64,000 nt of DNA, from assembly GCA_964248625.1 (NCBI GenBank), contig CAXTZG010000002.1, forward strand, positions 7,778 through 71,777. Reading direction: 5' to 3'. Origin of the DNA: an uncultured Acetobacteraceae bacterium. Lineage in GTDB: Bacteria > Pseudomonadota > Alphaproteobacteria > Acetobacterales > Acetobacteraceae. Made by a program: the position numbers and the translations under genes. Positions 48,298 to 57,604 of the stretch are shown here, in pieces. Below the pieces are notes generated by a model. That model made no database searches, was not told the DNA's origin, and worked only from the letters and a program-made list of their open reading frames with translations. Positions within the stretch are counted from its first letter, which is position 1. Every line of letters begins with the position of its first letter.

Positions 48298-49193
48298 CCA
48301 GACCGACCGAAACGTCGATGAAGGGCATCCTGCTTGCAGGCGGCTCCGGCACCCGGCTGCATCCGATCACGCTGGCAGCCAGCAAGCAGCTGCTGCCGGT
48401 CTACGACAAGCCGATGATCTACTACCCGCTCAGCACGCTGATGCTGGCCGGCATCCGCGACATCATGATCATCTCCACCCCGGCCGACCTGCCGCAGTTC
48501 GAGCGCCTGCTCGGCGACGGCTCGCGCTTCGGCGTCCGCTTCACCTACCGTGTGCAGCCGTCGCCCGACGGCATCGTGCAGGCGTTCCTGATCGCCGACG
48601 ACTGGCTCGGCCACAATCCGTGCGCCCTGGCGCTCGGCGACAACCTGATTTTCGCCGACCATCTGGGCGTGCTGCTGCGCGCCGCCTCCGCCCGGCCCGA
48701 GGGTGCGACCGTGTTCGCCTACCAGGTGCGCGATCCGGAACGCTACGGCGTGGTGTCGTTCGACGAAAGCGGACGAGCCCTCGAGATCGTCGAGAAGCCG
48801 GCCAATCCGCAATCGAACTGGGCGGTCACCGGACTGTATTTCTACGACAACCGCGTGCTCGACATGGCCCGGCGCATCAAGCCGAGCCCGCGCGGCGAGC
48901 TCGAGATTACCGACCTGAATCGCCTGTATCTCGAGGAGGGCTCGCTGCATGTCGACCGGCTCGGCCGCGGCTGCGCCTGGCTCGATGCCGGCATGCCGGA
49001 CAGCCTGATGCAGGCCGGCACCTTCGTGCAGACCATCCAGTCCCGCCAGGGCATGCTGGTCGGCTGTCCGGAGGAGGTCGCCTTCCGCATGGGCTTCATC
49101 GACGCCGCCTCCCTGCGCGACCAGGCGCGCAAGCTCGCCAAGACCGAGCTCGGCCGGCTGCTGCTCGAACTGGCCGACGGCGTCCACGCTTGA
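48294..49193 (+). CDS. rfbA: Glucose-1-phosphate thymidylyltransferase
   Basis: '[13 protein letters not shown]', '[16 protein letters not shown]', 'LGDN', 'RGELEITD'. Alternative start at 48318. Confidence 0.97.
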   Translation: MTRPTETSMKGILLAGGSGTRLHPITLAASKQLLPVYDKPMIYYPLSTLMLAGIRDIMIISTPADLPQFERLLGDGSRFGVRFTYRVQPSPDGIVQAFLIADDWLGHNPCALALGDNLIFADHLGVLLRAASARPEGATVFAYQVRDPERYGVVSFDESGRALEIVEKPANPQSNWAVTGLYFYDNRVLDMARRIKPSPRGELEITDLNRLYLEEGSLHVDRLGRGCAWLDAGMPDSLMQAGTFVQTIQSRQGMLVGCPEEVAFRMGFIDAASLRDQARKLAKTELGRLLLELADGVHA

Positions 49194-49221
49194 TGCGCGC
49201 GCAGAGCCCGGGAGAGCATCC

Positions 49222-49785
49222 ATGAAGGTAGAGCGACTGGCCATTCCCGACGTGATCCTGATCACGCCGCCACGCTTCGGCGACAGCCGCGGCTTCTTCT
49301 CCGAAACCTACAACTACCCGCGCATCAAGGCCGAGACCGGCATCGAGCTCGCCTTCCTGCAGGACAACCACTCCTTTTCCAAGGAGCGCGGCGTCATGCG
49401 CGGCCTGCACTGCCAGCTGGCGCCGCATCCGCAGGGCAAGCTGCTGCGCTGCTCCAAGGGCGCGATCTACGACGTCGCCGTCGACGCACGCACCGGCTCG
49501 CCCACCTACGGACAATGGGTCGGCGCCGAGCTCACCGGCGACAACTGGTCGCAGCTCTGGATCCCGCCCGGCTTCCTGCACGGCTTCTGCACGCTGACCG
49601 ACGACGTCGAGGTGCTCTACAAATGCACCGACGTCTGGGACAAGGCGAGCGAGCGCGCCGTGATCTGGAATTGCCCCGAGATCGGCATCGACTGGCCGAT
49701 CGGGCCGGACGAGGCGATCCTGTCGGAGAAGGACGCCCAGGCGCCGCACTTCTCGGCAGCTGCCGGCTGGTTCTCCTATCCATGA
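49222..49785 (+). CDS. rfbC: dTDP-4-dehydrorhamnose 3,5-epimerase
   Basis: 'DSRGFFSE', 'QDNHS', 'RGLH', 'GFLHGF', 'LSEKD'. Confidence 0.96.
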   Translation: MKVERLAIPDVILITPPRFGDSRGFFSETYNYPRIKAETGIELAFLQDNHSFSKERGVMRGLHCQLAPHPQGKLLRCSKGAIYDVAVDARTGSPTYGQWVGAELTGDNWSQLWIPPGFLHGFCTLTDDVEVLYKCTDVWDKASERAVIWNCPEIGIDWPIGPDEAILSEKDAQAPHFSAAAGWFSYP

Positions 49786-50690
49786 CCGCACTCTCCGAAC
49801 AGGGCGGCCCGATCCTCGTCACCGGCGGCACGGGTCAGCTCGCCACCTCGCTCGTTCGCCTCGGCGGGCCGCGCATCCACCGCGTCGGCCGCCCGGACTT
49901 CGACTTCGACCGGCCCGAGACCATCGCCGCCCGCTTCAACCAAATCCGGCCGGTCATGGTGGTGAACACCGCCGCCTGGACCGCCGTCGACGCCGCGGAG
50001 ACGGCACCCGACGGGGCCGCGCGCGCCAACCGGGACGGTCCGGAGCAGCTGGCGCGGCTTTGCGCGGAGGCCGGCATCCCGCTGATCCACGTCTCAACCG
50101 ACTACGTGTTCGATGGCGACAAGGGCGCGCCCTATGTCGAGACCGATCCCACCTCGCCGACCGGCGTCTATGGCCGCACCAAGGCAGACGGCGAGCAGGC
50201 CGCCCTGTCGGCTCACCTGCGCACGATCGTGCTGCGCACCTCCTGGGTCTATTCCGCCACCGGCAAGAACTTCGTCCGCACCATGATCAATGCCGGCGAG
50301 AAGAACCCGACCCTGCGCGTCGTCGGCGACCAGCACGGAGCACCGACCGCCTCAGACGACCTGGCCCGGGCCATCCTGCAGCTCGTGGCCAGGATCGAGG
50401 AGGACGGGTGGCAGGACGCCTATGGCGGCATCTACCACGCCGCCGGCACCGGCGAGACCACCTGGCACGGCCTTGCGGTCGCGGCACTGGAGGCGGCCGG
50501 CACGCATGGCCGGCCGATGCCCGAGGTGATCGCCATCAGCACCGCCGACTGGCCGACGCCGGCTCGGCGCCCGCTCGACTCCCGGCTCGACTGCGCCAAG
50601 CTGGAGCGCGTCTTCGGCGTGCGCCTGCCACCCTGGCGCGACAGCCTGGTGCGCACGGTCGACGAGCTGCTGGCGCCCCCGTCATCCTGA
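49782..50690 (+). CDS. rfbD: dTDP-4-dehydrorhamnose reductase
   Basis: 'TAAWTAVDAAE', 'HVSTDYVFDG', 'YGRTK', 'RTSWVY', 'VVGDQ', 'ARRP'. Confidence 0.96.
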   Translation: MTALSEQGGPILVTGGTGQLATSLVRLGGPRIHRVGRPDFDFDRPETIAARFNQIRPVMVVNTAAWTAVDAAETAPDGAARANRDGPEQLARLCAEAGIPLIHVSTDYVFDGDKGAPYVETDPTSPTGVYGRTKADGEQAALSAHLRTIVLRTSWVYSATGKNFVRTMINAGEKNPTLRVVGDQHGAPTASDDLARAILQLVARIEEDGWQDAYGGIYHAAGTGETTWHGLAVAALEAAGTHGRPMPEVIAISTADWPTPARRPLDSRLDCAKLERVFGVRLPPWRDSLVRTVDELLAPPSS

Positions 50691-50719
50691 ACGCAGGAGC
50701 CCGGCTTCACTTCCAGACG

Positions 50720-51718
50720 ATGCCTTCAGGGTCGCCGCCGGCCACCGATGCGGATCGCCTGGAGGTTCGGCCACGCGCGTTTGGCGCCGACGCGGACGAG
50801 ACGCTGCCGGTCGCGGTGCTGCTCTCGACCTTTGAGGGCGCGCGCTTCCTGCCGCAGCAGCTGGAGTCGATCCTGCAGCAGAGCTATCCGCGCTGGACGC
50901 TGCTCTGGCGCGACGATGGCTCGGTCGACGCCACATCGTCGGTCATGCGTGCCTTCGGCCAGCAGGCGGGCGAGGGACGTTCCCGGATGGCGGCGGGAGA
51001 AGCCGGCCACCTCGGCATCGCCGGCTCCTTTCTGGTTCTGCTGCGACAGGTGCCGCGCGACGCCATCGCCGCCTTTGCCGACCAGGACGATATCTGGCTG
51101 CCCGAGAAGCTGCGGCGCGGCGTCGAGGCGCTGGCTGGGGTGACGCCAGGCGAGCCGGCGCTCTACTTTGCCCGTCAGCAGCTGGTCGACCAGGATCTGG
51201 CGCCGCTCGGCCTGTCGCCGTATCGCGGCAGTCCGGCCGCCTTTCCCGCCGCCCTCACCCAGAACGTCGCCACCGGCTGCACGATGATGCTCAATCCGGC
51301 TGCCGTGGCCCTGGTGTCGGCAAGCGACCCGCCGCCCGGGACGCTGCACGACTGGTGGTCCTACCTGGTGGTCAGCGCGGCCGGCGGCCGGCTGATCGCC
51401 GATCCGGAGCCGGTGGTGCTGTATCGTCAGCATCACCGCAACGCGGTCGGCGCCCCGCATTCGACGATCTGGCGTGGCCTGAGGGCACTTCGCCGCGGTC
51501 CCGACGCCTTCATGCAGCAGTTCCGCCGCCATACCGCAGGGCTCGCCGCCTACCGCCACGCCTTGTCGCCCGGCGCCGTCCGGGATCTGGACCTGCTGGA
51601 ACGTGCGCTGGCCGGCGGCCTGACCGCACGCCTCGATGCCCTGCGCCGGGTCAGGTTCCTGGTTCGCCAGACCAGGCTCGAGACGTTGCTGTTCCGGCTC
51701 TGGTTCCTGACCGGCTAG
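50720..51718 (+). CDS. GT2 glycosyltransferase (probable rhamnosyltransferase)
   Basis: 'LLSTFEGARFL', 'RDDGS', 'FADQDDIW', 'NVATGCT', 'HDWW', 'YRQH'. Follows rfbBACD. Confidence 0.88.
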   Translation: MPSGSPPATDADRLEVRPRAFGADADETLPVAVLLSTFEGARFLPQQLESILQQSYPRWTLLWRDDGSVDATSSVMRAFGQQAGEGRSRMAAGEAGHLGIAGSFLVLLRQVPRDAIAAFADQDDIWLPEKLRRGVEALAGVTPGEPALYFARQQLVDQDLAPLGLSPYRGSPAAFPAALTQNVATGCTMMLNPAAVALVSASDPPPGTLHDWWSYLVVSAAGGRLIADPEPVVLYRQHHRNAVGAPHSTIWRGLRALRRGPDAFMQQFRRHTAGLAAYRHALSPGAVRDLDLLERALAGGLTARLDALRRVRFLVRQTRLETLLFRLWFLTG

Positions 51719-51834
51719 AGCATCATGCGGTCGAGTGGAGCCGGCTGGCTGCGTCACGACATCGACTGGAACAGCGAGCTGCAGCAGCGCCAGCGCACGC
51801 GATCGCATGACGCCAGGGTGCCAAGGAGAGTGCG

Positions 51835-52254
51835 ATGAGCCGGAACACGATCGGCCTGATCTGGATCGCCGGCCTCGTGCTCGCCGTGCTGCTCACGGTG
51901 ATCGGCCCGGGCGTGCTCGGCACGACGCTGGGCGATGCGGTCGATCACGCCTTCGACGCCGCAACGCTGGCGCTCGTCCAGATCGGCGATCCGGTGCGCG
52001 AGATGATCCGCGGTTTCGCGATCGCCGCCTACGTGGTGTTCATCGCGCTGTGCGTGCTGGCGCGCCGCCGCGGCCTGCCCTCGATGACGGCGGCCATCGT
52101 GGTCACGCTGCTGTTCCTGCTGCTGGCCGGCGCGCCGCGCGACTGGGGCCGCTCGCTGCACGGATCGCACTGGCTGCTGGCGCTGCTGCTCGCGGTGGCG
52201 GCGGCACTGCTGATGACCCGCAGGCTGTCCGGCAGGCTTTCGCCGCGCAGCTAG
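51835..52254 (+). CDS. Small membrane protein (4 TM), unknown function
   Basis: RBS AAGGAG and four hydrophobic segments. Confidence 0.75.
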   Translation: MSRNTIGLIWIAGLVLAVLLTVIGPGVLGTTLGDAVDHAFDAATLALVQIGDPVREMIRGFAIAAYVVFIALCVLARRRGLPSMTAAIVVTLLFLLLAGAPRDWGRSLHGSHWLLALLLAVAAALLMTRRLSGRLSPRS

Positions 52255-52345
52255 ACCGACGAGATCGGCAGCCTGCCGCGCAGCCCGGTGCCGCCCGACC
52301 TGCAGCGGCACCGGATTCTGCAAGCCGAGATCGGTCGCCGCCGCC

Positions 52346-52993
52346 TCAGTCGAGATCGGCCAGCAGCGCGTCGATGTCGGCCTGCGCCATGGCCGAGGCC
52401 GGAAGCTGGGGCCCGTTCAGCAGATGCGCGTCGGGACGGTGCGGCTCGCCCTCGACGGTGGGAAACGCCTCCTCCCACCGGTGCTGTCCGAACGTGTTGA
52501 CGATCTTGGCGACCTTGGCTTCCACCGCCTTGAGGGTGTTCACCACCTTGGTGATGCGCTGCCCGGTGATGTCCTGGAAGCTGCACGCCTCGTAGATCCG
52601 CATTGTCGCATCCTGCACGACGGCGGCGTCCGGGCCCGATGGCCGGGCCGACGTCGCATCCAGCAGCTCGCACGCTTCGAGGATGGCGTTGGTCGCGTCC
52701 GCCGTATGGGCGACGACCGCATCGAGCTCCTCGCTGGCGGCCGACACGTCTCCGGTCGACGACCTGTCGGACCGCAAGGCGGCGATCTCTTCCTTGGCCA
52801 CCGCGATCGTGTGGCCGAGCTCCTCGACCTCGTTGAGCAGTTCCGTCTCGTGGACGGACAGCTCGCTTCCCATCGTGTCGATGACCGCACGCACGACCTC
52901 GGCCACCATCTGCGGCCGGACGGTCGGGTAGGACGAGCAGATGAGGCCAAGCCGCTTCGAGAGCGCCGTTACGTCGGCGGCATGGCTAGACAT
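52346..52993 (-). CDS. cheZ: CheZ-family response-regulator phosphatase
   Basis: Catalytic DxxxQ in 'SFQDITGQRITKV', plus an acidic C-terminal helix 'QADIDALL'. Confidence 0.85.
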   Translation of the reverse strand: MSSHAADVTALSKRLGLICSSYPTVRPQMVAEVVRAVIDTMGSELSVHETELLNEVEELGHTIAVAKEEIAALRSDRSSTGDVSAASEELDAVVAHTADATNAILEACELLDATSARPSGPDAAVVQDATMRIYEACSFQDITGQRITKVVNTLKAVEAKVAKIVNTFGQHRWEEAFPTVEGEPHRPDAHLLNGPQLPASAMAQADIDALLADLD

Positions 52994-53372
52994 GACCCAG
53001 CACCTTCTCGATCTTGCCCTGCAGCGTCTCGGCGTTGAACGGCTTGACGATGTAGTTCGAGACGCCGGCCTGCTTGGCGGCCACCACGTTCTCGGTCTTG
53101 CTTTCGGCCGTGATCATGATGAACGGGGTCGTCTTCAGCTTGACGTCCGCCCGGACCGCCTGGAGCAGCTCCAGGCCGGTCATCGGCGCCATGTTCCAGT
53201 CGCTGATGACCAGGCCGAAGCTGCCGGCACGCAGCTTGGACAGCGCCTCGACGCCGTCGGTCGCCTCGTCGACCGAGTTGAACCCGATCTGCTTCAGCAG
53301 ATTGCGGATGATGCGCAGCATCGTCTTGTAGTCATCGACGATGAGGACGTTCATTGACGTATCGAGTGGCAC
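52986..53372 (-). CDS. cheY: CheY-type single-domain response regulator
   Basis: 'VLIVDD', phospho-Asp 'ISDWNM.PMTG', 'ITAE', 'VKPF'. Confidence 0.92.
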   Translation of the reverse strand: MPLDTSMNVLIVDDYKTMLRIIRNLLKQIGFNSVDEATDGVEALSKLRAGSFGLVISDWNMAPMTGLELLQAVRADVKLKTTPFIMITAESKTENVVAAKQAGVSNYIVKPFNAETLQGKIEKVLGHV

Positions 53373-53465
53373 GGGCTGGCTCCGGGGCGGAAATGGCCTC
53401 GAAGAAATACGCCGATTTCCTTTACGGCTGGTTTATCCGCCCGCCCGCTGCATCCCGCGCCAGCG

Positions 53466-53870
53466 TCAGAACTTCCGGGGTGCCGTGTTCATCTTCATGT
53501 CGCGCATGTCGCTGCCCCGCTCGCCCTCCTCCAGATCGTCGTCGTCGAGCGCCTCCATCCCGATGGTGCGATCGCCGTCATGCGCGACGATCTCGCTTTC
53601 GCGCGGCCCGGCGGTGCGGTCGACATGATAGACGTGATGCAGCCCGGCCTCCCTGGCCTGCGCTTCCGCCTGCTTCTCCGCCTCATCCCACGCCAGCGGA
53701 GCGCCTGCCTCGTCGAGCAGTCGGCTGGTCTTCTCGGACTGGTTCTGCTGGATGACGATGAGCTCCATCATCATCTGCTTCGGGCTGTCCTCCTCGAACC
53801 GGCGCATCAGGATGATCGCCGGACCGTTCGGCAGCGGGTCGTGGGGCTGCAGCATCCTGATCTCGGTCAT
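53466..53870 (-). CDS. Hypothetical protein (134 aa, acidic C-terminus)
   Basis: RBS GAGGAAAGGA. Co-oriented upstream of cheY. No motif recognised. Confidence 0.7.
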   Translation of the reverse strand: MTEIRMLQPHDPLPNGPAIILMRRFEEDSPKQMMMELIVIQQNQSEKTSRLLDEAGAPLAWDEAEKQAEAQAREAGLHHVYHVDRTAGPRESEIVAHDGDRTIGMEALDDDDLEEGERGSDMRDMKMNTAPRKF

Positions 53871-53918
53871 GTCGTTCCTTTCCTCGTCGGGAACCGAACG
53901 GCGGCGAGGCGATGCGGT

Positions 53919-55157
53919 TCAGCCGCCCGGGGTCACGACCATGCAGGGAATGTTCTGCGACTTCAGCGCCACGCAGGCGCTGCCGGCGCTGTTGCGGGCA
54001 AGGCCCGCCAGCCTGGCGCGATACAGCACGCCGTGGCCGAACGGCGCCGTCTGCTGCACGACGCTCTGGCTGCCGGCGAGCACGGCGTAGTCCGCCTGCC
54101 GCGCCATGGTGGTGGCGAAGCGCGCCTGGTCGACCGAGTTGAACGCGCCGACCTGGATCGCCCAGCCGCCATAGGAGAGTGCCGGCGGGGGTATCGGCGC
54201 ACTGGCCATGATGACCGCGGGACGGGTGGCCGGCGGGACGGCGGGATAGACCGGGCGCCGTCCGCACGGCGCGTCGTAGGCGGCATCCGGATCACGCACG
54301 CAGCCGGCCGCCTGCGCGGCCGCCGGCTGCGGCACATAGGCGATCGCCGACTGGACCGGCAGGGCGGACGCGACCTGCACCGGTGCCGGCGGCGCCTGGC
54401 AGGGCGCGTCGGGGTCGTAGGCGGCGTCCGGATCGTGCCAGCAGCCCGCCGGCTGTCGCAGGCGCGACCGTCCGGACCGGCGCGCGACCCGATAGGAGGC
54501 GAGCTGCACGGGCGCGTAGCGCGTGGACGCATAGGCGCTGCCGCCGCCCGACGCGTAGGACGCCAGCGGCCCGCTCATGGCGATCTCGGTGCCCAGGTTC
54601 GGCGCGATCGAGGCCACGTAGTCGACCGTCTCGTTGGGCAGCGTGCGGCCCTTGTAGAGATAGTCCTCGAGCCGCTGCGGCCCTGCATTGTAGGCGGCCA
54701 GAAACGCCGGCGCGCCGTATTTCTGATACATCTGCCGGATATAGGCGGTGCCGGCCATGATGTTGTCGTGCGGCTCGAACGGGTCGCTGCCGAGCTCGTA
54801 CTGCGCCTGCAGGTCGGCATAGGTCGCCGGCATCAGCTGCATCAGCCCCATGGCGCCGGCGCCGGAGGTGATCGGCTGTCCGTTGCGATACTCGTGTCCG
54901 CCCGACTCCTGCCGCATCACCGCGCGGATCCAGCGCTGCGGCACGCTGAACCGGCCGGACGCCTCGTGGATGTAGGGACGCCACGGATCCTCCGGCGGTC
55001 CCGGCTCCGGATACAGCATGCTGCCGGGCGAGGCGCCGGTGCGGGCATAGTGTCCTCCGCCACCGCAGGCGGCCAGCAGGCACAGCAAAGGCAGCAGCCA
55101 CAGCATGCCGGATCGGCATCCGGCGTTTGGGGCGACCTGCTGGCATGAAAGCGGCAT
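53919..55157 (-). CDS. Lytic transglycosylase (SLT) lipoprotein with C-terminal SPOR domain
   Basis: Lipobox LAAC, catalytic 'MRQES', 'GAMGLMQLMP', 'AYNAGP', 'ETVDYV'. SPOR 'WAIQVGAF' and 'YRARL'. Start uncertain (55157 or 55106). Confidence 0.9.
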   Translation of the reverse strand: MPLSCQQVAPNAGCRSGMLWLLPLLCLLAACGGGGHYARTGASPGSMLYPEPGPPEDPWRPYIHEASGRFSVPQRWIRAVMRQESGGHEYRNGQPITSGAGAMGLMQLMPATYADLQAQYELGSDPFEPHDNIMAGTAYIRQMYQKYGAPAFLAAYNAGPQRLEDYLYKGRTLPNETVDYVASIAPNLGTEIAMSGPLASYASGGGSAYASTRYAPVQLASYRVARRSGRSRLRQPAGCWHDPDAAYDPDAPCQAPPAPVQVASALPVQSAIAYVPQPAAAQAAGCVRDPDAAYDAPCGRRPVYPAVPPATRPAVIMASAPIPPPALSYGGWAIQVGAFNSVDQARFATTMARQADYAVLAGSQSVVQQTAPFGHGVLYRARLAGLARNSAGSACVALKSQNIPCMVVTPGG

Positions 55158-55319
55158 GGCGACGTCATGGTGACGAGCCGCTCGCGCCCGATCAACCAGA
55201 GCGTGTTCCGAGGTGCCGAATCCTCGGCCACCCTTGCCGATCTGCCACAGGCACGCCCACACGGGCACCCGGCCGCGTCACCGGCCGGGCGAACTCGAAG
55301 CCGACCGGCACCTCACGCG

Positions 55320-55751
55320 TCACAGCAGGCAGAGGGCGAGCAGTTCCCGCCGCAGCTTCATCGGCAGCTCGTCGCCGGTGGCCGCATGGCCCGACAGGTC
55401 CGCCGGCGCGTCGGCCTCCGCGAGGTAGCGCCAGCCCTGGAAGGCCCGCACCGTGCGCGGCACCACCGCGATCACCGGGCCGTCCAGCACCACGCCGGTG
55501 CAGGGCGTGCCGTCGTCGCGCTGGTCCTGCACGATGTCGTGGATCAGCTGCCGGCACAGCAGCATCCCGGCCGTCACCCAGTAGATCGACCCGCCATCCA
55601 GCACCGCTTCGGCCTGGCGCGGGAAGGAGCGCGTGCGAAAGAACGGTCGGCCGCCAGGCACGCCGGTCTCGCGCGCCCGCGCCGCCTGCCGTTCGCTCAG
55701 CGCGTCCGGCGTGGCGACCCCGACGGCGAGCTTGATCAGGTTCAGCGCCAC
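55320..55751 (-). CDS. DUF1489-family protein
   Basis: 'LNLIKLAVG', 'TR..P......LDGGSIYWV', 'RAFQGWRYL', 'LRRELLALCLL'. Confidence 0.85.
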   Translation of the reverse strand: MALNLIKLAVGVATPDALSERQAARARETGVPGGRPFFRTRSFPRQAEAVLDGGSIYWVTAGMLLCRQLIHDIVQDQRDDGTPCTGVVLDGPVIAVVPRTVRAFQGWRYLAEADAPADLSGHAATGDELPMKLRRELLALCLL

Positions 55752-55760
55752 GATCGGGCC

Positions 55761-56465
55761 CTACCAGGGAAGCTCCCTGTTCTCGTAGGTCACGAAGAAC
55801 GTCCCGGGCGTGCCCTGCCTGGCTTCCAGCATCCCGGCGATGCCGCGGGTGCTGGTCTCGACGTCCAGGCTGGCATCCGGACCGCCCATGTCGGTGCGGA
55901 CCCAGCCGGGATCGACCGCGAGGAAGGTGCGTCCGCTCCGGCCCTGCCGCGCCGCCACCGAGCGCAGCAGCATGTCGAGGGCCGCCTTGCTGGCGCGATA
56001 GACCTCGTAGCCGCCGCTCTGGTTGCCGGCGATGCTGCCCAGACCGGACGACATCACCGCGATCAGCCCGTTCGGCGAGGGCACCAGGCCCTCGAGCCGC
56101 TCGATCACCCGCATCGGGCTCAGCGCGTTGGTGCGCAGCACGTGGAAGAAGGTCTCGTCGGACACGTCGCCGATGGTCTGCGTCGCATCGTCCAGCACGC
56201 CGGCATTGACGAACAGCAGGTCGATCCGGCTGCCCTCCAGCCGCCCGGCCAGCGCCTCGAGCTGGTCGGGGACGTTGATGTCGAGCGTCTCGATGGTGAG
56301 CCGGCCGCCGGCGCCGTCCGCGAGCGCCTGCAGCCCGTCGGACCTGCCGCGCACGGTCGCGATCACCCGCCAGCCGCGTGCCAGCTGCTCGCCGACCAGC
56401 CCCAGGCCGAGCCCGCGCGACGCGCCGACGACGAGCGCTGTCCGGGTGTGCTGTGTCTCGCTCAT
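55761..56465 (-). CDS. SDR oxidoreductase (CsgA/C-factor-like)
   Basis: 'GASRGLG', 'NAG', 'SSGLGS', 'YRASKAAL', 'PGWVRTDMGG'. Confidence 0.88.
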   Translation of the reverse strand: MSETQHTRTALVVGASRGLGLGLVGEQLARGWRVIATVRGRSDGLQALADGAGGRLTIETLDINVPDQLEALAGRLEGSRIDLLFVNAGVLDDATQTIGDVSDETFFHVLRTNALSPMRVIERLEGLVPSPNGLIAVMSSGLGSIAGNQSGGYEVYRASKAALDMLLRSVAARQGRSGRTFLAVDPGWVRTDMGGPDASLDVETSTRGIAGMLEARQGTPGTFFVTYENRELPW

Positions 56466-56476
56466 GCGGTGTCCTT

Positions 56477-57604
56477 TTATCGCGTCGGGCTGCGTGGCCT
56501 GGCCTGCGCGTCCTGCACGAAGCCGTCCACGAACCGTCTGGTGTCGATGTCCTGCACGAGGGTGACCAGCCGCAGCCCCATGTCCTTCGGCGCCAGTGCG
56601 GCGCTCCAGACATGGGCATGGCCGTAATCCACCCCGTCGGTCAGATCGACATCCATGTAGGCATCGACCGATCTGGTCACCAGGGACGGATCGACCGCCA
56701 CCGCGGCCGCCATCTCGTCCCACAGCGGCAGCGGTGCTGCGTATCGCTTCAGGTAGCTGGTCACCGGCGTGCGCACGGCGGCGATCCGGTCCATCAGCCC
56801 GTGCGTCATCACCACCTCGTCCGACACGTTGCCGAGGGAGACGATCCGCGGCCAGTCCGCGGTCAGCACGATATGGGCCGCCTCCGGATCGAAGACGAGG
56901 TTGAAATCCCCCGCCCAGTTGGCGTTGCCGGTGGCGGCCATCATGTTGCGGTCGATCAGCGCGCCCATGAACACGAGCTGCCTGGCGGTGGACGCAAAGC
57001 CCGGGTCGAGCCGGATCGCCAGGGCGAGATTGGTCATCGGCCCGGCTTCGACGATTGTCACCTGATGCGGATGCGCATGCACCTGCCGGATCAGGAACAA
57101 CGCGGCCGGCTCGTCGACGGTCCTGATATGCGGGGCTCCCTCGTCGAGCCTGCCGACCGGCGGCTCCGTCGACGGCACCCGGTCCATCGAGCCGAGCCCG
57201 CCCCAGGCGCCCTTCCACGGGATCGGCCCGAACCGGTGCTCCCATTGCCGCATCCGGGCCACGCTGTTGACCAGCGGATAGGCCGCGCCATCGGCCACCG
57301 GCACGTCCGGCCGGCCAGCGATCTCCAGGAAGCGCAGGATGTGGGCAGCCTCGGCATTCTCCCAGCCATCCCCGGTCGCGACCGTCAGCCCCAGCAGCGT
57401 GACGGCCGGGTTCGCCAGCAACGGCATCACCGACTGCACGTCCGATCCGCCAGGCCCCAGGAAGTCGTTGTCCTCGATCACGTAGATCGGCTCGGCCGCG
57501 CGCGCGGCCGCACTGCCGACCAGCGCCAGCAGGAGGGCGGCGAATGCCCCCTGTCGCATGCGCGCCCGGGCGCGGGTCCGGGCGGAGGCCGCCATGAACC
57601 TCAT
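56477..57604 (-). CDS. Nucleoside-hydrolase-family protein with signal peptide (probably periplasmic)
   Basis: Signal peptide ending 'AAARA-AEP', 'EDNDF', 'AGPMTNLALA', 'FNLVFDPEAA', 'WDE'. ATGA overlap with the hemW stop. Confidence 0.85.
   Translation of the reverse strand: MRFMAASARTRARARMRQGAFAALLLALVGSAAARAAEPIYVIEDNDFLGPGGSDVQSVMPLLANPAVTLLGLTVATGDGWENAEAAHILRFLEIAGRPDVPVADGAAYPLVNSVARMRQWEHRFGPIPWKGAWGGLGSMDRVPSTEPPVGRLDEGAPHIRTVDEPAALFLIRQVHAHPHQVTIVEAGPMTNLALAIRLDPGFASTARQLVFMGALIDRNMMAATGNANWAGDFNLVFDPEAAHIVLTADWPRIVSLGNVSDEVVMTHGLMDRIAAVRTPVTSYLKRYAAPLPLWDEMAAAVAVDPSLVTRSVDAYMDVDLTDGVDYGHAHVWSAALAPKDMGLRLVTLVQDIDTRRFVDGFVQDAQARPRSPTR

Noticed and set aside
53373-53465. Sigma28 promoter for cheY-cheZ
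   Set aside because: TAAA boxes are present on the minus strand, but no GCCGATAA-like -10 occurs at the right spacing.
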